Source: Stylophora pistillata (Eukaryota). Taken from it: a stretch of DNA of 64,000 nucleotides. Location of the stretch: NCBI RefSeq assembly GCF_002571385.2, contig NW_019218005.1, positions 305,253 through 369,252 of the forward strand, given 5' to 3'. The position numbers were made by a program, and so were the translations under genes. Positions 37,801-52,920 of the stretch are shown one piece after another. Position 1 is the stretch's first letter. Each line of letters begins with the position of its first letter. A model generated the notes under the pieces. It was not told the DNA's origin and made no database searches. It was given only the letters and a program-made list of their open reading frames with translations.

Positions 37801-40390
37801 TGATAAGATGAGGTGGAGTTGATCTTTCTCTATCTTTGTCTTTCTCGTCACTTTTTCTTTTGGTCTTTCCGATTCTTTTTTCCTTCCTTCCTATGTCTTT
37901 CCTTCCACTTGCCTCCACTGAACTTCTTTGTGAGTCTGAAAGGGCGCTCGCTTCATGAGCGCTATCGCAATTATCTGAACCAGCAGTCCCCACGCCAAAG
38001 ATTTCTTCTGAAGCGTCTGCGCTAAAGCGTTCTTCGTTCGGCGACAGCGATCGCCCATCGCTGCACCGTTTGTTATCATCATTTTCTTCAACCTGACAAC
38101 TTTCTTTGAAGCTGGCCGACTCGGTTTCGTTGTCCAGAGAGGGGTGGGTCGGGGAGCCTCCTGAGGTCATAAAGTCATCATCCATGTTTGGAGTCTCTCT
38201 CACAAGCCCTTTATCTTCCTCCGCTTGCACTGTTATTTGGCATGCATCTCTGTTTTTATTCTGTGATGCATCATCGTCGCTTTCTGAATCAACTTGTTTA
38301 ACGCTCTTACTCGTTGAAGCGTCTTTAACAGCAGAGCGAGCTTTCCCTCCTTTGGCTTTCCGCCGTGGTTTATGGGAAACTAGCTTATGCACGTTCTTGT
38401 TAGTTTTCGACTTCTTCCTTTTCTTCTTCTTTATTTTCCCGCGGGCCGGTGGGGTTAGATTTTCTGGTTCACTGAGCTCACCCGCATCCGACATACCCTC
38501 CACGTTTGAAAGTTCAGATTCGTTGGTAACATTCTCAGAGTTTTGTTCGGTACTGAACGAACCGTTCTGCTCCGTTTCTTTTTCTTGTTTCACAGAGCCT
38601 TCCATTTCCATGACTTCAGCGTTTTCATCTATGATTTGCTGATCAGAGGTTTCTGCCTTCTGAGCTAATTCTTCGCTGTTAAACTCGTTTTCATGCCATT
38701 CTTTTTCACTCGATTCATTCGACTTTGTAACATTTATTTCCGATGATCTCACGCGACCGATCCATGCATCAGTGTCGCCATTTTTTATGTCATTTTCATC
38801 GTCATTTTCATCGTCATTTTCATCGTCATTTTCATCGTCATTTTCGTTGAAAGCGCCACAGGAGGAAACTTCAAGAGTTTCGTTTTCCTCACAATCGTGA
38901 ACATTCTTAGTGGAATGCTCGCACTGCATATCGGGCTCCTCCATAAGGCGCGCAATTTTTGAACTTTTGATACTGCTGTGATCTGGGTCGTCAGGCGGTA
39001 GACATTCTATGTTGTCATATGCAAAGCTGCCATCAATAGCTTTGTCATCACAGTTCGAAGTTCCTCCTTCGCTTGAGCATTCCCAAGGCGCGTAGCCAAG
39101 ATTGTTGATTAAGTCAGTTTTCAATGGCGAATCTACCGAGTCGCGTTTTTCCTCTAAGCCGTTACATTTTATTTCAGACGTTGAATTTAATCCATTTTCG
39201 ACCGGGCTCGTGTTCTCCGCAAACGTTGGACTTCCGCCATTTGAGTTGAGTCCATTGGTAGAAACCTTTCTGTTTTCCAAAAGAGTTTCTTCCTTATCAG
39301 CATCACTGAAAGGTAGCTCGTCGTCATCAGAGACGTTTTCAAGCTGGAGTTCAAGCGTATTTCTAACTTCAGAGTTGGTGATGGTATCTGCCTCACACTG
39401 CCTCCCACCAGACGAAGAGTTTTCCAACAAGTTATTCTTGTAACGCAATCCTTTTACCTCAACTTTACTCTCATTCACAAACTCGATATTTTTCATTTCC
39501 TGCACAGGTCCTCTACGCAAGAATCTATCAAACAAAGACTCTCGCTCGCCTGAAAGTTTACAAACATCGTCGCTATCATGTTCACTATTGTACTCGGGGG
39601 AGTGGTCTCCGTAACACCGTTCATACATTCCATGATTGCAATCATTCTCTCCTTCGTTACAAATCTGATCGTGAATGTTTTCTGTCGAAGCTTTCTCGCC
39701 ATCCGTTTCAACGGCTGCTAATTCCGTTCCAACACTTTCTTTCCTGTTGTCAAATATATCTACAAATTTTTTGGTAAGTTGTTCACGTTGCAACAGTTCT
39801 GCCCGAGCAATATCTTCGCTTAATAATCTCTTCTGTCGTGCCAAATCCTGGGTTAGTCTTTGTTTTTCCCGCGGCGCATCGCGCCTGTGAGAAGATATCA
39901 CTTTGGCTGCTTTATTCTCCTCGGTTTGTTGGTATCGTTTGCTTCCCTGTTCTCTAGCCGGTGACAGTTTCCTTCCCTCAGAATCCTCCAGAAGCCTTAC
40001 ATTCCGTACAGGGGAACCATAACGTCCTGAATGCCGGGCGGGCAAGTCGTTACCATGTCTCTGGTAATGATGCGAGCTTTTCCGTTGCTGATTTGAGTCA
40101 AATTCAGAGTTTCTATCGGAATACTGGTCACGTTCCCGCACACCCGAGCGCGCGGCGGGTTTGCTGTTCCCTCGCGCGCGTTTATCCCCACCGGATGATT
40201 TGGACTTGTGACCGAACGTTGGCCTCCCTCGTACCTTCGCTCCTTCGCGTGGATGCATGTGCGAGGAAAAGTAATAGCTCGACATCCCGCGCGAGACCAC
40301 CTCGCTTGCCTTAATACTCTCCCTTGCGGGCAAATCTTTCTCGTCTTCTGTTGAATTTCCTGAGCTCACGCACGATTCTCCGGACTTAAG
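34832..40390 (-). CDS. Tudor-PHD-MYND protein, exon 4 (5559 nt, low complexity)
   Basis: Open frame of 1853 codons between ttacag| and |gtgagt. Contains an acidic region with (DDEN)n, a basic KIKKKKRKKSK NLS-like tract, and Pro/His-rich and R/E-rich regions. Confidence 0.9.
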
Positions 40391-43300
40391 CTGTAAAAAA
40401 ATTAAAGAAAACCACTCAGACTGTATTTCCATTTAGTACGAAATATTTATCTGTTGCGCCTAGTTACTGCTGAGTCACTTCCCGACGACTCACAGTTAGT
40501 CAGTCTTAAACACAAAGTTTTTACCTGACTTAGCGTGCTGTGATGAAAGAAATTTCGGGCAAACAACATGTTACTGCTGCCTAACCGGTCAAAATCTTGT
40601 TAAAAACAGCCACAAAATCTCGCCCTTACAAGATTTAAAGACTAATCTTCCCACAGCCATAAGATACCGAAAAGCTCTGCCGAGTGACACGACACAATGT
40701 TGTTTTTTAGATTAAGTATTATAATAGAAAACACAACTATTTAATTCACGACTGCCTCTATCAGTAATGGCAGCCTTCAATACCCAGTTTGTGCCCTCGA
40801 TCAATATCACTATCAAGTGCCACTTGAGATGCCGTATTATCAATATCACGTTTCTTGTTTCAGGAATATACCGATATCAAGCTACTGGCGCCGTTAAATA
40901 AAACGAAGAAACTCCAAACACCACAAACTGGTTCACAACTGTATTACCTTAAACGCGGTCAATTTACCACAACAGCAGCAAATCCTGCACAACGATATCC
41001 TGTTCTTGAATGGGTTCCATTTTATCAAACGCGCTTCGCTCAAGTCGACCATCAGGAAATGGCTATTTTTCGACCCACTATAGATTACTTACATTGCGTA
41101 AAAACACGCACTATCAGTGGGGCTTAATAGCGCAATACTTGCGTGTAGAACAAATACAGTAAGCGGATACCATCCACTTCAATTATTTATCAACAATACC
41201 GCAATATTCGGCAGCGTTTTCGCCTCAAGATCGGCCCGTGTTCATGTACTGATATACATTCAGTGGTAAATAACATATCCGGCTGGTATGCCGAGTCATA
41301 TTTGTTCAAATATAAGATGATTATCCTTCAGCTATTAGGACTACTTTTTCGTTTTGAGAGATGACGTGGAACAACAAGAGCGTCTTCCAGCGCGCTCTAG
41401 CGGAACATTAAACCATGGGTCAAACCTTTCAACAAACAATTACTGACAGTTTCTAACTAATCTATTTTTAAAACCTCTGTCATGGCATAACACAGGAGAG
41501 CAACAGCTAAAACCCGGCAACGACCAGCTTATGCAGAAAATAAACAAGAATCAGACAGATCAGACAAAAGCAAGCGATTGTGTTCTTGTCTAATCTTACG
41601 TAACATATTTCTATCCTTTGTTCCATCTATTGTTCTCGTAGCCAAGTGAACGTGACTCGCCCAGAACACGCTTAAGGGCTATTCAGCGAAAGCTACTAAA
41701 CTGAATCCATGAAAGTTGAAAGCACTCCAACACACAACACATCACGTACGGGGTCAAATGACCCTTCAACTTGTGTGTATAGTTGCCTTAAATAGACCTC
41801 CGCAGAGCAGAATCGTGGCGCCGCACATAACATATCATATATTGACCTTCTTCCGGGATGTATTGGCCTACTGAGCCGATCCTCTGGTTATAAATTATTC
41901 GCAAAGTAAAGTTGAATGCTAAGTGATTTAGCGACCGTCCTCCAAACACAAAGAGTTTAATTTGGTACCCCGCACGAACACGTTCAGCGAATCTACAGAG
42001 ATCCGTAAAAAGCATTCAAGGAACTTGGTATTAGCCACAATCAATACGATGTAATTCATCGGAGACTAAGTCTTAGGGAAGAAGCTCAAGTTTCCAGACT
42101 AAAGCAACCTTCGATATCTAGTTTTCCACCAGAAATCTAATCGCTTCAGTGTGTTATTTCGAATAATTTCGATTTCCTGTATACGGAATGTCCTCTGCGC
42201 TGATGCTTGCATTAGAATAATTCTTTCTTCCGTTTAAACAAAACAAGAACTCAACAGGCAGTCGCTTACAAAAAAAAAGCGATTCTTTCAAGGCAAGGAA
42301 ATTTCTGATCGAAATACTTATCTCCACAACTATGGGTAGAATGAAGAAATAATACCTTACTTTTTGTAGTTGTTTCAGGAAACTTTCAGACGAGTATCAG
42401 CCAGTCTGTGATTCACTCTCTTTTCTTCACTTTCTGTTCAACTCACTTTCTAATTCAGTCGCGACGTTTCGTGATTAGATGGGCGGCGATTTTAACTTCA
42501 CTAAGTGGCGGACCGATTGATCCAACATACTTTGGCAAAATTCGTCTAAGGATTAATTTTCACGACCGTCTAATGTCCACATCAAATATAATCCCTTTGA
42601 ACTAAAATTAACCTTCTTCAGAGCCCTCAGGCTAAAGGATTGTCAGCCCTCCAAAGCTACTTCAACTTTTCTTCTCAGAAAGTAATGCTATTGACGTAAT
42701 TCCTGCAGCATGCGTGATCCCGCGTTGACCACGCGTGGGCACGCACAATCACGTTTCTTTGGGAACACCTTTCTGTTTCACGAAGTCAATAACGAGAACT
42801 AACACAGTCGACAAACAAATAAATCAATACAAAAAGCGAATAAATAATGGATGGCCGACTGAATAAAAAAAGTAAATAAATAAACTTGTAAAATATTTAT
42901 GAAATGAATGAAACTGAGCCTTTGCAACACGACCAAGTATGCATCGACGCAACGAAAGACCATTGAAAAAATTAGAGCGATTTCAGCCAAAATTTAACTA
43001 AAAATTTTTCTAAAAAATTACAATATTTGACCAAAATACAAGCAATAAACCGAAAAAAAGTGTGGCCGGCATTTTCACATTGACAGCTCTAGGACAAAAA
43101 ATACAGTAATGGCCTACAGAGGCTCAACATACGATAAAAGTATACAGAGGCTCAACATCATTTCGTTACATTTGCTGGTAACTAACAACAAAGACATCAA
43201 GCTTATATCAGGCTGACTGTATTAATATTGGACCTCTGCTAAAGATTGTATAAGGATTTATTTATTTTTCTGGCCACAGTGGTTCTTATTTTCGCGATTC

Positions 43301-44636
43301 CGTCAAAACGGAACTGAGTTTTGATAAAATGTTTCTATTCGATGTATTGTACCAACAGAAGAAATTACGGATTATTGCGAAATGCTTTTGGTATAGTTCA
43401 CTTCGGCACGTTGGAACAGACTTATACCGAAGTGATATTACGGTGATATAATTCAGACCGCAAATTAAAAGGCCATTCAAAATATAAGAGGATTCACTAA
43501 TGAGGCCAAGTCGTTGAAATAAAAGTCAAGGATACCTGAAGAGTGATTTAAAATGGAACACACAACACAAGGCCGTGCTTATCAAACTCTGATGGTCGAA
43601 TGTACGTATTGATTGAATATCTTCACGGAAATATCGTTACTTAGCCCACGATTCGTCTCAAAATGTAAACATTGACTATCACAGAGATTAATAACTCAAC
43701 ATTTTATCAATGATAAAATCAAAAGAAAAAAGGCAAATACACAGATAACAAAATAAACTTCGCTGATCGACAGTCAAATTCGTATAAGAACTGTTGATAC
43801 AAATCCACGAGGACTGTAGAGAGAAAATCTGTGTTTACATTGGAGTCAGGTATGGTTGTCACATTTCTTGGCGTTGTGAAAACTTTTGTGCGCTTTTAGA
43901 AGCAACTTAACTGTGTTCCCATGGCACCGGTGGTAACATCTGCCTTACTGTTGATACAAAAACCGGAAACTAATTCCAAACAGTTTTCTTCCCTGAACGA
44001 AGCGTGAAGTGTTATGGCGTGTTCAGTTTGCCCTCTTATATCAGCGCGATGTTGAGTCGTTATGGAAGGCATTCCACCAAATTTGCTACAAAAGAGTAGA
44101 CGTAGCAACTGGGTGCTGGCTGTAAAGCAATTACTTTTAACTGTAATTTAGCATCTATCAAACGACCGCTATTTTGTTTTACATGTATTAGGGAGAGAAA
44201 GCAATGAAAAGCGAGAATTTCTTCATTGCTATCTGTTTTCCTTTTTTTTTTTTCTGACGATGTCGTCAAGAAACACTGAGGAGGAAATCTTACTTGCAGC
44301 CCGTAACAATTTACGTGTCGGTTACCATGGTGCCAATTCGCCACTGAGAAATTGACAGGATTTCAAACATGTTAGAAAAAAAACACGATAAATAAACAAC
44401 ATTAAAAAATAATCATAATCATAATAATAATAATAATAAATACAAAAATAAAAAAAAAATAAAAAAAAATTATCTTAGTATTGGGCCAATTGACACTTTT
44501 ATCGATTTATATTGATCATTTATATTTAAGTAGTATTAGATATTATTATAGTTAACAGTCCTGTCATGCAGATAGGTTACGAATTTTCGCCCTATCTTGC
44601 TTAGCTCACTAGCATCCAAACGTGTATACTGCATAA

Positions 44637-44680
44637 TAATAATGATAATAATAATAATAATAATAATAATGATAATAATA
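44637..44680. repeat. (AAT)n microsatellite
   Basis: Visible directly. A second tract lies at ~44410-44440. Confidence 0.85.
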
Positions 44681-44964
44681 AAGTTTATTAGGCATCCTTG
44701 CAACCTTAGGTGAAAATTTAACCTGCGCCAAGAAAGATAGGTATCTTTTGTGGGCTAGAAAGGCACTGTTTGTTTTTCTTCTATATAATATGATTCGCTA
44801 ACACATTTAATATCCGGCTGCGGGAACGAGTCTTTCGAAATCAATCAACTATACTAATCTTGCGACTGCGGAAAGTAAAACGAAATTATTGAAAACGAAC
44901 ATTGCAGCTAGTTACGTTAGGTAAATTAGCTGATTATTGCCACTATAAAGCATGATCGTTTTAC

Positions 44965-45131
44965 CGTGTGGATTCTGGTCTTTCTGACTCCTTTCCTAGC
45001 AGGTTTGGATTCAAATGGATTCTCCAGGTATGGACAAAATGCGCCGATTGAACAATACACGCACATCCAGGGCGCATCAAACTCTAAAGCTTCTGCTGGT
45101 ATAGCGGGGTGGTGGCACTCTTGATGGTAGC
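44965..45131 (-). CDS. Tudor-PHD-MYND protein, exon 3 (second half of the PHD finger, not in the ORF track)
   Basis: tttcag|GC TAC CAT... = GYHQECHHPAIPAEALEFDAPWMCVYCSIG...RIHT|gtaaaa. Phases 1/0 match exons 2 and 4. Confidence 0.88.
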
Positions 45132-48100
45132 CTGAAAGTAATACAAAAATTAAAAATATAAAACCTGGAATTCACTTAAATTGAATTTGACCTTCAAGTA
45201 TCCAAGGTGTAATTCTGTTTAGGAACCTTTCATTTAATCACTTCTTGTTGGCAACAATTTAACGTTTACTCTCTAAAATTTAGTTTCAAAAGTGAGAATC
45301 AATTCTAACTTTCGTGCGATCAATCAACTTTTGTAAACCTACTTTGAATGCATCTGCGGTCGGTGAAAAGTCATATCGATCAAAACACGGAAAAAAAATT
45401 CAACCGTGATAGACTAAGAGAAAAGTTATTGTTTTTGCGGCCAGACTACGTCAAAACAAGACACGAAAAACTAAAATTTCGTAGTTGCCCCACAATGTAC
45501 ATTCAACAACCTAACAGAGAACTTGTTGAACGTTGAAGCGAACGAAGCTGATCCACAAAGGCTAAGATGTTAGCTGAAACCAGTTGTTTCGCTTCAACAC
45601 CACCTGCATTCAACAGACACATACTGCCCGCCATCTTGGCTGAACAATTTTTTCAAATATAGGTGCGTATTCACGCTATCGTGGAGTGACCCTTCCGCTT
45701 CGTTATGTTTGCTCGTCGCCGAGAAACTCTAGGCGAGAGGTACTTACACTCGTGCTTCGCATTTCATCTTTCCGCACCTTGTTCGAACGACAAAACAAAA
45801 TCTAGCCAAAAGCGGCGAAATATACGAAACCACGTGGGAGAAAAAGTGCAGTATTATCAATGTTCTGAAAAATATACAAACGACACAAATTAACAGCGCA
45901 ACTCCTCGCTATAAGGTATCGAACCTTGAATCCGAAACTTAGTTTCCGGGTCGAAATAGCGGCGAACATCGCGCTTTGGGCAAAGCTGATGAGCTAGAGG
46001 CAAAAGTAAAGAGAAGAATAAATTATAGCTAACTTTTTTTTCGCGTATACACGAAAAAAATACTAGACAGACAAGAGCGGCAAAAATTGATCTAAAAAAC
46101 CCTGCTTTTGCAGCGAGTTCCGTATGTTTTCAGTTTCAAACTCACTTGGAAATTTCTGTCCAATGTTCCGCGATCATAAAAGCGATTGAATATTGTTTGG
46201 TCCTTACGTGTCGAAGTCTGGGAAAGAAGAAGCGTCGTCTGCGATGCGAACAACACAGCACTGGAGAGGCAGCTGAAGAAACAGCAAACCAACTTTCGCT
46301 TGAAGATAATTTCGTTCAATTAATGGCCATTTGCAGAACAATGGCGGGGCTAGAACTGAGTAAACAGCGGCAATTATTCCAAAAGTGAAGTGTTTGCAGG
46401 AGAAACAGATAAAATGAAGGGAAAGAGAGTAGACTTCTTATGAGCTGTCAAGGAAGCGAGGAATTCTCAGTAATACATGGTAATAACAACACAACACAAC
46501 ACACACAACTGAACCAATCAGTTTCACCTGTGTTTGTGCCCCTTTGTCAGGTGCTCGCTTACAGATCAACGAACAACTAAAACACAGGAAATTGGCTGCG
46601 AAACTCGTTTCCGTTGAATGTCAGCCGTGACTACAAAAGTGCAAAATTTAATTCAAACTCATGAAATGTCTACAGCGCCCGACTGCCCGCCCGCCGGCCT
46701 GGCCTCGCGATCATTTCACACAGTTACGTGATCATCAAGCATCTCTCAGTTTAACCAACATGGGCCATGAGTCTTTCAAAAGCAGAAGAACTTGTCCATC
46801 AACGGCATATAAAGCAAATTTGTAGAATTCTCCCTGAACCAACAACAAGGAATTCCCTCCCACCAGGATAAATTAGCCACCAAGGTGAAAAATTGCTAAA
46901 AACTAACAGCCATTTTAGACTTCCGCTCACTCGAGGTGATTGAATCTTTTTCAAGTTATGATAGATAACCTTTTTATAGCCTTGAAATATAATATTCAAA
47001 AATGACGCTTGTATGGTTAAAGATAAGAAAGATTACTGCTTCACTAACGGTAAACAGATTTAGGAATCAATTTGATCCTATTCTATAATAACCTTCCCAG
47101 AAAATGCTCAAAAAGACAAAATTTCGAGTGAGTAACGGGCTAAATTGTGGACCACAGAAAACAGTAGTTACGCACTCTCAAACCGGAATAAAAAGTCTCG
47201 CGAGGAATCGATAAGCAAGAAATTTCAACAAAGAATGTTAATTCAGAAGAGAATCCCCAGTGTGCCTTTGTTTTTTAAGGTCTGTGTGTCTCTTCTTGAA
47301 GAAAAGAAGTTTATAAGTAAAGTAATAACAACACACTCCCACTGCGAGCTCGCTAACTGCGACTTTCTCTGCTGCCATCTGGCACCACATCTCCACAACT
47401 TCTCAGCTTTTGTTTGTTTTTCACAAAGGAAGAAAAAATTGAAAAAACTGTTCTCCATGATTAGGCGTAAACATTACAAGAAAAGAGTCTGTTCATACAA
47501 AACTTCAGCCGCCATTTCACCTGCCTCCAAACTGTCATTTATTTCCGACAAAGAACGTGCGTGCTGTCACTTTCTCTTTGACAGAAATATTAAATATTTC
47601 CCCGCTTGGCGAGCTATGTAAACTTTAGCTTGACTTCAAGCACACACAAGATAAATTAAGAGTTTTACAGCCCCACTTTAGCCACACAACGCTTCTTTAA
47701 TTTACACCGAGAAGCAAAGTTTGCACAAAACAAGGTGTGTCCTTGTTTGGTTAAACACCCTCACAGAAAGAAGAATTAAAAGAGGAAAATGAACGCAACA
47801 GCACAACTTAAAAATCTGAGAGCCTGATGCAAAACACCCTAAAATCAATTAGTAAACATAGCATTGAAAACGGAAAAAAAAAGTTAAATTGACACCTTAA
47901 GTGAGACGATATTTGATAGGATAATAGCTAAATTTCATATTCACTTCGGAGGAACTGCCAATGAAACCGGAAAATTCAGACTAAGATCATCCGTTTGGAA
48001 AAAACAAGACCGGACGAATTTGACATGAAATTTATCACCAGGTCTGTCGAACTTACATGAAAAAAAATGAACACACTTGACAAAGAAATCTTTATCTTTG

Positions 48101-51100
48101 ACACCGAAAGTGATCACTAAAGAACTTTAGGCCATTTAATGACCTGTGGGCTATAACAGGAATGAATGTTACATTACGAAATTTGTCATTTGTCATTAAT
48201 ATTATTAGAGTTAATATTATCGTTATTAATGACGATCACAAAAAAAATAACGAAAATGATTACCATCACTCTTATCTTATTTTTATCATTATTACTACTA
48301 TTGGCATTAAACGCTACCATCCTCAACGTTTCTTCTCTCCAAGACAAGAAAAAAAAAACCAAATTGTATTGTAGATTACGAAGAACCATGATTTTGGATT
48401 TCACGTTCGTTATCGTTCATTGTTTATTATTCAAAGCTCCGTGTGGGATGTATCTTTAGAGTCCCTTTTTGAAAGCTTTTATTGTGAAATCCTTCGCCAT
48501 TACATGCATGTATGCATTGGGTACACAACGCCAATAAACTGTCGGTCGCCGTAAATGTTTGGATAAATTTTGATTCGCAAAACTCGAGCTGCAACAGATC
48601 AAAGGTGACGTAAGGCAGGGCACTTTGGGCGACTAAACTGAAGAGAATTTCCCACAAAAAGAAACCCTAAGATTTTTCTGAAAACATAATGGAATGGAAC
48701 AAGCATGTTCCTTTCACATAGAGTTGAATTTATCCCGTAAGCGCCTCGGTCCTTTAGTTTGCGGCAACACAGCTGACTAAAACAAAACGTTTTATTCGAC
48801 CTAGCTTACGAAATGAAGCATATTGTGCAGTGACCTTCTTTAGTTACGAAAAAAAAGTCTGAGGGATTTCCTACTATTCTGAAAAATCTTCGGTGAAAAA
48901 GGAGTTTTTATTTTATTCCGGCCACCAAGAAAATTTGCCTGTTCTTACACTGGAAAGCGATCAAGATTTCCAAGAGGGAGATTTATTTATTCACAGAATT
49001 TATTTCATAAAAAATACAATTTCGGTGACATGCGGAGAAATGCAGGAGAGACAGCAAAACCCCAAGAGGGCAGAAAGAGGGGTTAAGGATAAAAAAGATG
49101 AAGACAGATTACAAACGAACCTAGAAAATTTAGCCTGGCTCCTTCAACTTTCTTTTTAAACAGACTAGTTGATTTGAAACCACCCGAAGAATAAAAACAA
49201 AATTAATTGCATTGAATTAACTCAACAGTGTCAGGCAATGCTTCTTGTTTCCAAACGGTTTGTGAGTTACGGCGAGTCCTTTAACGGTTCGGCCTACTGG
49301 AAAACATAGTTGGCTAGTTTCCCTACTTTGACGTCATGGTTAAACCAGCTCAACAAGCTTGACCCAATTGGTGTAGCAAGGTGAAGCACGTTTAACAAGT
49401 TTGACGTAATATTTCGGTCAAAAAAAAAAATTAAAACCTCTGACTAATCTGGTTAATATTCCCAGCTGGAAAGATATCTATTTAAGTCAGACGACGAGAG
49501 CTTTCTTTGTAAAGAATGGACTTTCTCCCTTCAGATCACAGAGATAATTTAGAAAGTACACGTGACCAAAACATTTTAATCAGCCTTTCCCCCCCCCTCT
49601 CATAACACAAAAGAAACGTACTCGAAGCGTTCGAGATCGAAAAGAAAAAAATGGTAAGTATATTTTTAAACACGCAAACTCTAATATCATTTGATTTCAA
49701 CAACCTTTTCACTGCTAAATCATTGTTTTTTTTTTTCTATTAGTACGTGATTGTATCTTAGTAACGCGCTAAGTTCCGTCGCTAGGTCCGTTGGGTAGCA
49801 ACACAATCCTCTCTCGTGGAATGTTGCTCACCTTGGTTGTTTTCTGATCACAAAGGGGTGCAAACAGATGACAAAAATATGCATTTCTTTGCCAATTTTG
49901 AACCTCATGCCCTACTGCGTTAATGCAGTGAAAATGGTTACTTAAAAAAAAAAAAAAAAAAAAAAAAAGGGGAGAGCTCCGTCTCCGAAACCAAAGAAAA
50001 AAAAATGAATATCAAAGCGATGTTCGCAGTAACAAACACTATGAGCGGTAGTGAAAATAAAGCCTGAAATTAATTCAGGCCTGTAAAATGTTCGCATTGG
50101 TTCCAAAAGTTAAGAGTCACAGCAAACATGTACCAGATAACAGCCATAATTGTATCAATTCGGAACCTCTTTCAAGGAGCGTGTGTCCACAAAGTTGATT
50201 AAGTTATCCACTGGCATGATTGTATAAGCCCAAGGAAATATCATCAGAACATGGTCTCTTGACACGCTACCCTGTTAAATCAAGTACAGCTATCGTGTAC
50301 AGAGCGGAAAGAGAGAGGAAAAAAACACAAACAAGATTGTTTGGGCTACAAATCGCGATCGTTATCGGAAAAAAAGCGTAAATGAGCTATCTTACTTAAG
50401 TTTATGCTTGGCCTGTAAAATGGCTGCTTGGCAAACACGTTCCCATGTTTAGTTTCTTGTTTACGACATGAATCGGTTTGGTAAGTATGTTTTCACTTGT
50501 CATTCCGGTTAATTTTTTTTGGCTAACCATCACCATTACCAAGTAGCTTGAAACATGAGGAAAGATTGCATTTAATTATACCATGTGCATTTACAACCTG
50601 CTTTTTACTGTCTGTCTGTTACTAGACATATTCGGCTGAAACTGTAACAAGGAGGGCAGGTATATTTTTAAAAACATCATCTACAGCAGCTAAAATATTT
50701 CCCACTTAAATGTAAATAAATAGAAGGAAGACCGTAAACGCATAACGCGAAAGTCGCAATCGTGAAGGCCTTTAGTTCAAAATCAAAACTAAAATTTTCA
50801 CATTTAAGCACTGTGTAAGAGTAATGGGTAGCTATGGACCAGTTAAAGGCACAAACCCTTGTCCATAAGATATTATTCTAACTGTCAAAAAAATGACCTG
50901 TTATAGCGATCGATAAGTCATTGTCAACATTCGCGTCACATGTTTGGCAACAAAACGGCATGGCGCTTATGCAAACATATCTGAGAAATTTGAGGAAGAT
51001 ATTGCTAATACACTTTGCTACCAAAAACGAAAAAGAAAATATCTGTGTGAAAACGCGCTTTCCTGCATTCTTAACCAAATGTATACGGTATACCTGATTT

Positions 51101-52614
51101 AGCGTTATTCTGGTCGAATCTATATGAAAATTTCCGATTCCTCTGCGACTTCGACAAGAAAACAGCCGAATTCAGTGCCGCTTTCTTTGCAAACAGCTAA
51201 CAACCTTGGAGTAAAGTATAAGCGTACAAAGCTAATAACTGCAAACATCTGAAAGCACTGCTTCAGATCCAGGAAGACCAACAAAACACGAATATTGTTG
51301 AACGAGAGCAACGCCGCCGATTAGAGAGATTTTCTAACGACACTCAATTTAAACAAAAACAAAACGACGAAAATAGGAAGGAAACTTTAGCCAACCTTTT
51401 GATTCAATGATTCGGCCAGAGTATGTGGGTCTTTGGTTAAATTGAACTGTAGTCGTTGTTTATCTGTGCAGCTGAGCCCCTCAAAGAAAACCACGACACT
51501 ATAGCAAACGTCTGTGTGAAAATAGTCTTCTTCTGGGTGAATAACCATGCCAACGGTACTGCTCCAAAAGAACTTTAATTCCCTTGAATGCGTGAGCACA
51601 AAGACAGTATCACGGTTATCGTGGTCTGTCTTTCACAAGGGGTGACTTTTGTTGAACAACGCGCGCGCTGGTCAGTTGACAACAAAATGAATAGCCAACG
51701 CGCTTAGTAGCAATAAGTTTCTTTGTGTTCCTCCTAGCACCACAAAAGGACAGGTTCACCGCGCGTCGTGCTTGTGTTTTGTCAAACAAAAGAACACAAC
51801 AGCTTTTCACCTGGCGAAAATCCTCAACACCGAGCCTTGAGACGTCATCCAGTGTACAAAGATGAAATCATTCAGTTACCGAAACTGTTTCATTCAACAG
51901 AGCAGTCGAAGGCAAATTAACCAGTGCAAAGAATCATTCTTAGTGTATGCAACCAAGTTTTTTTTCTTTTATAAAGCGTTCCTGTGAAAAGGGATCTGTA
52001 AACTTCCAGGTGCGATTAAGCGGGCTCCAAACTTTAGTCCTGTACAGTAAGAGAAAAAGCTTCTATATGGCGTCTTTTTCTCTGAGTGTCAAACCATCGT
52101 CCACTCAAAACCTTTCAAAATGCACTGCTCCTTTTACCCCCATTAAGAAGATTCTAGCCATAAAAACAAAATTGCCTTTGAACGTATTTCCATTACAGTC
52201 AATTAACAAGGGACATTTCCTCGTAATTCAATAATTCATGAACGCGATAAAAAGAAGGTCAAGTCTATGGTCAACGACCCTAACGCAACTAGCTTAAAAC
52301 TAAGTTTGCGTTGAGCCGTAATTTAAGCCTGTTCTCAGACGACGGACTTCATCCGAGACGGAAGGTTTACTGTTGAGTCAAACTAATTTTGCGACAGTGA
52401 GATTATAAAATAACCGACAGCGAGTTGACCCTTTGACGCATTTTCTGTTAAATTTCCGCCAGAATTTGGACCGCCAGTCGCACGACCCTCCCCTGTAAAC
52501 TATTCACAAGACTGGCTTGACTTACAACCATTTAAGGATGATAGACATAAGCGCTGAGTACCCTTCGTAGTAGTAGCTTCAAGTTAAAAAAGTAAGCGAT
52601 AGTGGCTTTGTTGC

Positions 52615-52920
52615 GTAGAAGGGAGGGGTGGTGGGGGGGATGGAGAGTACGCCAATCTTCCCCTTATCTCTCTTGAACACTTTCGCGCTACGGAACTTAA
52701 AGACTATCGCGTAGGTTTGCGAGAGATCTTTTCGGATACCAGATTCACCGTTTGTGGCGTGTTGAAATTTCGGTAGAAGGGAGGGGTGAGGGGGATGGAG
52801 AGTGCGCCAATCTTCCCCTCATCTCTCTTGAACACTTTCGCGCTACGGAACTTAAAGACTATCGCGTAGGTTTGCGAGAGATCTTTCCGGATACCAAATT
52901 CACCGTTTGTGGCGTGTTGA
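52615..52920. repeat. Tandem duplication, two units with a ~158-bp period
   Basis: gtagaagggagggg...tttgtggcgtgttga at 52615-52765 and 52773-52920, nearly identical. Confidence 0.9.

Noticed and set aside
34846-40314. Many plus-strand ORFs
   Set aside because: Antisense shadows of the 5.6-kb coding exon with no independent coding signal.
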